From Candidatus Omnitrophota bacterium (GTDB lineage: Bacteria; Omnitrophota; Omnitrophia; Omnitrophales; Aquincolibacteriaceae): DNA of 64,000 bases. The stretch covers positions 4,373-68,372 of the forward strand of contig JAUYMS010000011.1 in assembly GCA_030698625.1 (NCBI GenBank), in the 5' to 3' direction. This document shows, one piece after another, positions 57,168 to 64,000 of this stretch; the first letter of the stretch is position 1, and each line of letters starts with the position of its first letter. A program made the position numbers and the translations under genes. Below the pieces are notes generated by a model. The model had not been told where the DNA came from. It saw only the letters and a program-made list of their open reading frames with translations, and did no database searches.

Positions 57168-58121
57168 ATGCGTATTATAGACGAAAACAACCGATTTGTT
57201 CTACCTTCTGTGTGCTTCGTATTTCTCGTGGTCCTATTCGCTTTTACTTCCGATGCTGAGGCGCAATATGAGGGTATCATGGGGACACTCAATGATATTC
57301 GCGAGCTCGAAGAGTCCCATTATAAGCTGACCGTCACGACGGATAAAGGGGTCGATGATTACAAGATGGATCCCCTGACACTGATTCAAACGACAGTGCC
57401 GGCAGGCGAGGTTTCGATCGGTAGCCGCATTTCAGTGCCCAAACTCCCCGTGGGGTCTCAGTTAGAAGAGCTAGAGGAAGGCGATACACGCCGCAATCTG
57501 GGACCGGCGCTGCAACCACCGCCCACGCCCTCTTCGGGGCCGAGGAGACCGCCAACTGCACCGGTTCCTGATTTTGCCAAAAAGCCCCATCTGCCGAAAC
57601 CACCTGAGATTCCAAAACCGCCGAAAGGGCCGAGCGAAACCACCAACCCCTCAAAAGACAAAGCGCCCGCACCACCTTCACCAAACGCTGACGGAGCCCC
57701 TCCTCCGGATGCCGCCGGCATGCCGCCAGGAGAAGCTCCCTCGGGCGAAGGAGATGAGGATGGCCAGAGGCATCAGGATAGATCCAAAGAGCGCCTGCAA
57801 AAATTCATAGATGGCGAAACCGACAAGGTCCAGGAAAAACCCGATATCCTCGCTCCTCATGCCCCGCTCAAGGGGGCAACGCCGAGTGTCTGGGAAATGG
57901 CCGGAAAAGAAGTCATTGGTTTTCACCAAACCGGCCCCGCGATCGTTTTTCATCTTCGCGATACCGAGGGCCAAGTTCAAACCGCGACCGTTGAAGCGGA
58001 TAATCCGGTACGCATGTATCTAAGCCCGTGGGAACTGGCCGTGGATATGAAACTGAGACTGGAATTGGCCCGAGGCTCTGAAGATAATACACTGACTTCG
58101 GTAACCGTGCTCCCCGAATAA
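57168..58121 (+). CDS. secreted proline-rich protein (317 aa), hypothetical
   Basis: Signal peptide (VLPSVCFVFLVVLFAFTSDAEA). Central PPTPSSGPRRPPTAPVPDFAKKPHLPKPPEIPKPPKGP... Pro-rich linker. Structured N- and C-terminal segments. Confidence 0.5.
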   Translation: MRIIDENNRFVLPSVCFVFLVVLFAFTSDAEAQYEGIMGTLNDIRELEESHYKLTVTTDKGVDDYKMDPLTLIQTTVPAGEVSIGSRISVPKLPVGSQLEELEEGDTRRNLGPALQPPPTPSSGPRRPPTAPVPDFAKKPHLPKPPEIPKPPKGPSETTNPSKDKAPAPPSPNADGAPPPDAAGMPPGEAPSGEGDEDGQRHQDRSKERLQKFIDGETDKVQEKPDILAPHAPLKGATPSVWEMAGKEVIGFHQTGPAIVFHLRDTEGQVQTATVEADNPVRMYLSPWELAVDMKLRLELARGSEDNTLTSVTVLPE

Positions 58122-58141
58122 CATCGCTTCGCTTCGACTCC

Positions 58142-58684
58142 CTACATATTCAGAGACCGCCTGAGCGCCTTGTTCATCTTTTCAGCCGTCCACGGAGGAT
58201 CGAACACCATCTCAACACGCACTTCGCCGACAGACGCGACTGACGTTACTTTATTCTGGACATCCTGTTTTAACCACTCGCCCATCCCGCACCCCGGAGC
58301 AGTCAGCGTCATTTGGATATCAACCTTCGATTTTCCCTCCTCGGCCGGCGTGATCTCGAGCTTATAAATGAGGCCAAGGTCGACAATGTTGTGAGGAATC
58401 TCCGGGTCGAAGCAGGTCTTCAGCTTTTTCCAAACCTGCTCTTCCAGCGGCAGATCTGCCTCGGCACATTCCTTGGCTTCATCGGGTATCTCCTTACCGA
58501 GCGCATCCGCGTCTTTTCCTCCAACGCTCACCATTGCACCTTGCAAAGTAACCACCGTAAACGTACCGCCGAGGCATTGCGTGATACGGACTTCTGTCCC
58601 CTCAAACAAGGTAACCGGTTTCCCGCTCGGGATTTCAGTCGCGTCACAATTTCGCGTTAAAACGATTCCGCTGTTTTTTTCCAT
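58142..58684 (-). CDS. DUF59 (MIP18/SufT-type Fe-S cluster assembly) domain protein with about 70-aa N-terminal extension
   Basis: C-terminal half contains FDPEIPHNIVDLGLIYKLEI...LTAPGCGMGEWL, the DUF59 signature (DPE.P.NIVDLGLIY, conserved Cys). Confidence 0.65.
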   Translation of the reverse strand: MEKNSGIVLTRNCDATEIPSGKPVTLFEGTEVRITQCLGGTFTVVTLQGAMVSVGGKDADALGKEIPDEAKECAEADLPLEEQVWKKLKTCFDPEIPHNIVDLGLIYKLEITPAEEGKSKVDIQMTLTAPGCGMGEWLKQDVQNKVTSVASVGEVRVEMVFDPPWTAEKMNKALRRSLNM

Positions 58685-58705
58685 AAGATATTCTTGCCTC
58701 CGATT

Positions 58706-59569
58706 TCAAATGATAGAAAGATACTTTTCAATACGAATGCGTTCCTCGGTACTCATAGCCAAGAACATAATACCTGCATGATAAACACCTCTCTCAATGC
58801 TCGACCGGCAGCGCACAACGCGCGCCAAGCGCTTGATCGTTTCCTTGCGGGAAAGATCGAAGGCTAATTCCAGAAGTGTGTGGCGCGGCAGTTCTTCACG
58901 AGTTGCAAGCAGCATCCCCCCTGCGCTAACGTTAACAGAATGTGCAATCTGCCCCTTGTTCTCACCGAGGGGACGGCCGCTTGTATCCGCAATTCGGTAG
59001 GCCACATCCATCTTAACCGGCATCCGGTGAAAGAGCCGCTGGTCCTTCCCCGAGTGAGGATTTCTATCCTCGTTCCCGGCAACATAATCCATCATCTCAG
59101 CGGCTGTCACACTCGATACCGTAGGGAAATAGAATTCCATCAAGGCCTTAAATACCTGCGTTTGGCTGACTGTCCCGACCACACGTTCAATCTGCACGAC
59201 CGGCAACACGCGGGCTTTGGCGGTCAGCAGCTTCGCGCCCACCAGCAAGATATCCTGATCATGGGGAATGACGTCGATCTCGGTTGCCATAATTTCTGAA
59301 ACCATCGTATACCGGCTCTTCGATGTCGCCGCTTGCATGTCCAACAGCCCCATAAGGCTATCGCTCATCAGTTCCTTCTTGGGGTAGAGATGCTTGAGCA
59401 GATGTTCCTCATAAATCATGCCCTTAAATTTATTATTAATATCGATGACCGGGAAATCCCCCAACCCATATTGAGACATCAGGGCATAGACTTCCTTGAC
59501 GGTAGTCTCAGTCCTAACCGTGATGACGTCTGACTCCATGATGTCTTGGACTTTGATTTCTATGCTCAT
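58706..59569 (-). CDS. CBS-pair + PilZ domain protein (putative c-di-GMP receptor)
   Basis: Two CBS motifs in the first about 150 aa (DIMESDVITV..., VSEIMATEIDVI...). C-terminal PilZ with RxxxR (QRLFHR) and (D/N)xSxGG (NVSAGGML) motifs. Confidence 0.65.
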   Translation of the reverse strand: MSIEIKVQDIMESDVITVRTETTVKEVYALMSQYGLGDFPVIDINNKFKGMIYEEHLLKHLYPKKELMSDSLMGLLDMQAATSKSRYTMVSEIMATEIDVIPHDQDILLVGAKLLTAKARVLPVVQIERVVGTVSQTQVFKALMEFYFPTVSSVTAAEMMDYVAGNEDRNPHSGKDQRLFHRMPVKMDVAYRIADTSGRPLGENKGQIAHSVNVSAGGMLLATREELPRHTLLELAFDLSRKETIKRLARVVRCRSSIERGVYHAGIMFLAMSTEERIRIEKYLSII

Positions 59570-59650
59570 ATTCCATGCTCCGAGGGTGTACTATAGCGCA
59601 GGAACCCCGGCCGTGGCAATAACCTCGAGGTCAATGGGGGATAGGGACGT

Positions 59651-60601
59651 TTAGGAGGTACTTGCAGCGGCAGAAGTGTGGCCGGTCTGATTGATGAAGG
59701 CCATTGCGACGGCCAGCAGCGGATTCATCGTCATCAGAGACATCGGCGTAAATGCCGAGCCGTCTCGGTTCCGCTCGCGATCAGAAGAAAACTGAAACTC
59801 ATTGACGAGCCTGCGCTTGGCGCGGGCAAAGTTATTCTGGCGGGCATCTGATTCGGCCTTGGAAGTCCCCTTCGTAGTCGCCGCGACCTGCATGGTACGC
59901 AGTGCCTCGACTGCACCTTTTCTAGAAGTTTCTATTTGCATTTCAGTACTGACAACTTCCGTGAAATTATGGATATGAAGACGTCCCGGATTTACAGTTT
60001 GGGATGAGTCTGCGAGACTCCCATCCTGAGAAAAGGTCATGGGGCGATACCTCTCTTGAGTGAGGGGACGACTTTCCTCTCTTTCAAGTAATCCGGGACT
60101 TGAGTATTTTTCCTGCTTGGGCTCTTCGACTTGCGGGCCCAAGTCGAGGGCTTTCTGAACAACAATTTTATCTTCCGCTTCCTTCGACTCTGCCGCTCTG
60201 GCAACGACCTTGGCAATGTCGGCATCAAGGCCTGGCAGACTTGCCATCTCGGACTTTGCGTATGCGTAACTTACTACGTTTTCCTGGAGGCGCTTGCTTA
60301 TGTCCGTAACCGATTTAGCGCTCCGTGTGGTGACCGACGACAAAGTGTTACCGGCCAGCGAACTAAAGTGCATATCATAAAGTGCCTCCGTCGATGCCCT
60401 ATTCGAGGAGTCGACCCAATCATATCCACCTTCAACGGGCTTGTCCCTCATCTTAGAATGGTCATCGTTCATGGTCGCTTCATTACCGGCTAAGGCGACT
60501 GGCGTGACCGTCGTGAATGAAAACAGAATAACCAAAACTATCGCGAATCCCTTCATCATCTGCTTTTCCATTTTCCCCTTTAAGCTCTTCATCTTTATCA
60601 C
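59651..60601 (-). CDS. secreted protein (316 aa), hypothetical
   Basis: Signal peptide (FAIVLVILFSFTTVTPVALAG). Low-complexity, no motif. Confidence 0.45.
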   Translation of the reverse strand: MIKMKSLKGKMEKQMMKGFAIVLVILFSFTTVTPVALAGNEATMNDDHSKMRDKPVEGGYDWVDSSNRASTEALYDMHFSSLAGNTLSSVTTRSAKSVTDISKRLQENVVSYAYAKSEMASLPGLDADIAKVVARAAESKEAEDKIVVQKALDLGPQVEEPKQEKYSSPGLLEREESRPLTQERYRPMTFSQDGSLADSSQTVNPGRLHIHNFTEVVSTEMQIETSRKGAVEALRTMQVAATTKGTSKAESDARQNNFARAKRRLVNEFQFSSDRERNRDGSAFTPMSLMTMNPLLAVAMAFINQTGHTSAAASTS

Positions 60602-60708
60602 CCCTCTTTCTAAAGAAACCTTACACGCATAGAGACAAAGACGCTTATAGGAATCGTGTAAGCGGTCTTATCTTCAGGGTAAGCGGTCTTTCAGCGCACT
60701 AAAGGGTA

Positions 60709-61347
60709 CTAATTGGCAGGAAGGATGACCGGAGGTTGTAAGTTATTGTATTCGCTTGACTTAGGTCTAATATCCTCAGGCAATGCGCCGCGATGAAGTT
60801 CTCGGTCCTGAAGCGATTCTTCGAGGAATTCAAGCTCGCTTTTTAAAATATCCTGCAGGTACACACGCATTCCGGTAGCCAGTACGAGTTGATAGTATTC
60901 GCCGGATTTCAGGGATCTATTGGCCACCCTATTAACGAAGTCCCAACCCGTCAAAATTGGGTCATCACGGAACTGGGCATGATGCATCTTCCACTGCAGC
61001 CATCGGGAAGCCTTGTCGGCGTCATACTGGTGCCTATTGCGGATAAAGATCACTAGAGAATTCCTTATCGATTTAAGAATAAACTGGATCTTGTCAGCTT
61101 CCTGATATTGGGGATGGCTCGCTAAAAACTCTTCAACGCGAAGGCGGTGCACCTCATCAGTGTCCAGGAAAAGACGGGGATCCACTGAAGACGCCTTAAC
61201 CGCTTCTCTCTCAACAACTTGCAGCACTTCCTTTTGAATGGCCGCCGGTTCTGTCACCAGCGTTGCCTTCTTGGGCGTAGACTGACACCCCGCCAAAACA
61301 AATCCGATCATACAAATTGCCGCAAGTCTAAACATCGTATCTCCCAT
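60709..61347 (-). CDS. lipoprotein (212 aa), hypothetical
   Basis: Lipobox (FVLAGC-QS) after signal peptide. Confidence 0.5.
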   Translation of the reverse strand: MGDTMFRLAAICMIGFVLAGCQSTPKKATLVTEPAAIQKEVLQVVEREAVKASSVDPRLFLDTDEVHRLRVEEFLASHPQYQEADKIQFILKSIRNSLVIFIRNRHQYDADKASRWLQWKMHHAQFRDDPILTGWDFVNRVANRSLKSGEYYQLVLATGMRVYLQDILKSELEFLEESLQDRELHRGALPEDIRPKSSEYNNLQPPVILPAN

Positions 61348-61421
61348 TCATTACAAAGCTAACATTCCTACTAACTACTCATACTCCATAGATAAAGCAT
61401 ACCTGACGATCACGGAAATTT

Positions 61422-62135
61422 CTATTGATCAGGCCCAATCTTTTCGGCTAAAGCGCGACGGGCTATGCGGGTCACATATACGGTTACAAGCACGGTGGCC
61501 AAAAGCCCGACCCCGTACAGGGCCCACTCAGCGGGTGTTCTGGCACGACCTTCGGCACCTAAGGTCGCGAGGCTCCCCGCCAGGGATCCGACATAGACGT
61601 ACATGATGGTTCCCGGAATCATGCCGATCCACGATGCAAAGAAATAGTCTCGCAAAGTCACTCGCGTTAAGCCGAACGCATAATTCAGCAGGATAAAGGG
61701 AAATACCGGCGATAGGCGTGTCAACCCCACGATCTTCCAGCCCTCCTGCGCCACCGCGCGATCGACGGCTTTGAACTTGGCATTACCCTCAATCTTGGCC
61801 GCAATCCAATCACGCGCAAAATAACGGCCCACAAGAAAGGCGCATGTAGCCCCGAGTGTGGCGCCAACGGAAACCACAATCGATCCTGTCACTACGCCGA
61901 ATATGGCCCCGGCTCCTAGGGTCAGGACAGAACCGGGCACAAAAAGGACACACGCCAAAATATAAATCCCGACAAAAATTGCCGGGCCCCATCCGCCCAG
62001 CCCCGAAACCCAATCGAGCGCTGATCGCAACAGCGCCTGCAAATCAACAAAACGGCTCGCCATGACAATGGCGCCAATGACAGCAATGATAAGACCTATT
62101 TGCAAAATCCTCTTCATGTGGAATTTAACGCCCAA
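61422..62135 (-). CDS. TVP38/TMEM64 (DedA/SNARE-associated Golgi protein) family membrane protein
   Basis: FVPGSVLTLGAGAIFG and RLSPVFPFILLNYAFGLT are the two signature re-entrant-loop motifs of the DedA/TVP38 family. 237 aa. Confidence 0.8.
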   Translation of the reverse strand: MGVKFHMKRILQIGLIIAVIGAIVMASRFVDLQALLRSALDWVSGLGGWGPAIFVGIYILACVLFVPGSVLTLGAGAIFGVVTGSIVVSVGATLGATCAFLVGRYFARDWIAAKIEGNAKFKAVDRAVAQEGWKIVGLTRLSPVFPFILLNYAFGLTRVTLRDYFFASWIGMIPGTIMYVYVGSLAGSLATLGAEGRARTPAEWALYGVGLLATVLVTVYVTRIARRALAEKIGPDQ

Positions 62136-62884
62136 TCGTAATAGGTGAATTTAAGGCGCATCTCTTTGTTCGCCTTTATAACGGATTGCGAGCGCTCGTC
62201 AAAATACGGGGTAACAAAGGCGAGCACCGTTTTGCCGTCTCGCGTAAAATCATTTTTGAACCACTTGAAAATCGGCGACAGGTAAACGACACCCGCTGCT
62301 GAATCAACACGGTTCTTTTCCGACTCGGCGAAGAAGCGAACGCCTTGATCCTGAAGCTGTTCCTCTAAATTCTCAGCCATGTAGGGCTCCTCACGCAGCG
62401 GCGGGCACCCTTTAGCCGCGCACACCAGGGCAAAATGAATACGGGGCTCATGATATTTTTTGCGGAGGATTTCGTGTTCTAGCTGATCGAGCGTCAGCAT
62501 CTCTCCAAAGAGAGGAACCACATTCAGTCTCCAAGGCCCCCGCATCAATCCTCCGATATGATTGATACTCTTAATCGGATAGTAGTCGAGAATAAGCGCC
62601 AGCGTCCGGGCATTATAAAGGTTAATGAGATAAACCATCTGCTGCGCTTCGTTCCATCTGAGAAATTCGGGCTCGGTCACTTCCGAACTGAGCTGCAAGT
62701 ACAGATCCAGATTATTGCGATCCTTGCGCAGCCCCTTATAGTCCACACGTGGCCCGACTACAAATCGGCTCAGCAACTCACCGTAGGTCCGATGGCTGTG
62801 GTCAAACTGCGCGAGAAGCGGCCCGGAGCGTGCCGCGAGCATGGCTAGAAGCAGCATGGCAAAAAAAGCTCCCTGTCTTTTCAT
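62114..62884 (-). CDS. DUF547 domain protein (secreted)
   Basis: Signal peptide, then YLINLYNARTLALILD and FALVCAAKGCPPL (the DUF547 NAYN / C..SCP.L signatures). 256 aa. Confidence 0.75.
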   Translation of the reverse strand: MKRQGAFFAMLLLAMLAARSGPLLAQFDHSHRTYGELLSRFVVGPRVDYKGLRKDRNNLDLYLQLSSEVTEPEFLRWNEAQQMVYLINLYNARTLALILDYYPIKSINHIGGLMRGPWRLNVVPLFGEMLTLDQLEHEILRKKYHEPRIHFALVCAAKGCPPLREEPYMAENLEEQLQDQGVRFFAESEKNRVDSAAGVVYLSPIFKWFKNDFTRDGKTVLAFVTPYFDERSQSVIKANKEMRLKFTYYDWALNST

Positions 62885-63894
62885 GATTCAGCCCCTTTAC
62901 CCACCCGGACTCGGCATAGAGAATAGATAAAACCGCTGACCATTCCGAGAAACATAATGGCACAATCAATAGGTAAAAAACACAGGGCTTGCACTGCAAA
63001 TAGCCTGCCTCGCTCGGCAATTCGTTTAACAAACGGCAGCCAAATTATGAATACAGGAATCAAAAAGCATACGCCCCCGAGAAAAAAGGACGGGTTCTTT
63101 GCGATGCCCCCGACGACCATAAGACCGAGCGCAAAGAAAGCCAATAGGTTACCGGATACCTGCCATACCGAGGCATGAGAAAAGGCGCCGTGTTCCCGAA
63201 TGCGTTTGGGATCCCAGTATGAAACGAGCATGCGCGCAAACATGAACGGGATCACAAAATCATTCTTGATCAGGCGCAAACCGGAATATTCCTTCAAGTG
63301 CTCCACTTCAAGACCGAGCTCCAGCACAACGACCTTACCTGCCCGGTTAAGCCGAATCCCCATTTCTGAGTCCGAGACAAGACTTCCAAACGGTGATTTC
63401 AGCGTGTCAAAATAGATCATGGCGTTCTTCCGTATGCCCCAGATGGAGCCGTAAAGAAACTGCGACTTCCTTGGCTGAGAGGAAAAGATATAGTTCATAT
63501 ATTCATTCTTGTAGGCTGAGAAAAAACCGGGAATTCTCGAACTTCGCCTCAGAGCTCCCGTAACGGCCACCCCGTCGGAAGGCCTGAGCCGCTCCAGCAT
63601 CATCCGGAAACTGCCGGGGGCCACACACACATCCGCGTCAACGAAGATCAAGAACCGTCCTTGCGCCGCTCGTGCTCCGGCAAAACGGGGCTCCATAGGC
63701 CCACTCTGCAATTTCACTTCGAGCACGCGGCATGGGAAATCATTTGCGATCTCCAGAGTTTTATCCGCCGAGGTGTCATTAACCACAAGGACCTCGTCGG
63801 GAACGACATCGGACGCAAACACCGCTTCCAAACACGCACGCAAGGTCTGTCCGGCATTTCGTGCAGGAATGATCACGGAGAAGGATTCACTCAT
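62881..63894 (-). CDS. family-2 glycosyltransferase (GT-A) with C-terminal TM helices
   Basis: VIIPARNAGQTLRACLEAV, VVNDTSADKT, FVDADV (DxD) and a C-terminal membrane anchor. 337 aa. Translationally coupled (4-nt overlaps) with DUF547 downstream and with an upstream gene. Confidence 0.8.
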   Translation of the reverse strand: MSESFSVIIPARNAGQTLRACLEAVFASDVVPDEVLVVNDTSADKTLEIANDFPCRVLEVKLQSGPMEPRFAGARAAQGRFLIFVDADVCVAPGSFRMMLERLRPSDGVAVTGALRRSSRIPGFFSAYKNEYMNYIFSSQPRKSQFLYGSIWGIRKNAMIYFDTLKSPFGSLVSDSEMGIRLNRAGKVVVLELGLEVEHLKEYSGLRLIKNDFVIPFMFARMLVSYWDPKRIREHGAFSHASVWQVSGNLLAFFALGLMVVGGIAKNPSFFLGGVCFLIPVFIIWLPFVKRIAERGRLFAVQALCFLPIDCAIMFLGMVSGFIYSLCRVRVGKGAES

Positions 63895-64000
63895 CGCGGC
63901 CCTGATCGGGATCTATCGCCCATAAGTCATGCTTCTCGCCCAGAATGTTTCGCGCTGCGCACAGACCCGTTAATACGGCATGGTCGCTATTGTTATAGCG
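63891..64000 (-). CDS. C-terminal end of an upstream gene running off the right window edge (partial; ...SDHAVLTGLCAARNILGEKHDLWAIDPDQGRDE*)
   Basis: Open frame from the window edge to a TGA overlapping the GT2 start (ATGA). Confidence 0.3.

Noticed and set aside
1-64000. CRISPR arrays, tRNA or rRNA genes
   Set aside because: Only a handful of intergenic gaps exceed 150 nt (about 490-1300, 3552-4045, 4856-5212, 13955-14123, 15758-15987, 17290-17440, 33598-33853). None contains regularly spaced short repeats or a cloverleaf-compatible GC-rich 70-90-nt segment on inspection.

Overview
The window is a 64-kb chromosomal segment from a moderately GC-rich (about 55-60%) bacterium. It is gene-dense and mostly housekeeping or accessory metabolism. 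No rRNA, tRNA or CRISPR array was found by eye.

Main content, in order along the window:
- A LuxR/NarL-type response regulator plus an ElaB/YqjD-YqjE membrane stress pair.
- A roughly 2900-aa cyclic beta-1,2-glucan synthase (NdvB/Cgs-like: GT84 domain, membrane block, GH94 phosphorylase-like domain).
- A small accessory, IS-rich island at about 14.1-18.45 kb. It holds a truncated methyltransferase remnant, a PTOX/alternative-oxidase-like di-iron oxidase, a frameshifted CDF cation-efflux pseudogene, an intact IS1380-like DDE transposase, and a decayed IS5-like transposase whose 3' tail is tandemly duplicated.
- A 28-kb co-directional minus-strand gene array containing a complete GlgE alpha-glucan pathway operon (glgB-glgE-treS-maltokinase-glgX), MgtE, a CdaA-YbbR fused diadenylate cyclase, a GGDEF cyclase, a cNMP-binding protein, a 2212-aa membrane protein with no recognisable domains, and a putative lipid-tailoring operon (two tandem B12-binding radical-SAM enzymes followed by a Delta9-type acyl desaturase).
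- A PaaI thioesterase, an orphan ATP-synthase-epsilon-like protein, RadC, DsbD-like and DUF255 thioredoxin proteins, a transglutaminase-like protein and a fatty-acid-hydroxylase-family protein.
- An ArsS (radical SAM with Cys-rich tail) / ArsM (arsenite methyltransferase) pair with the 'rSAM/selenodomain-associated' DUF2064 transferase. Further downstream are a TVP38/DedA membrane protein, a DUF547 protein and a GT2 glycosyltransferase.

The most interesting candidates for follow-up are the ArsS/ArsM-DUF2064 neighbourhood, the tandem B12-rSAM plus desaturase cluster, and the domainless 2212-aa membrane protein. All functional calls rest on motif recognition in the supplied translations. No database search was run.
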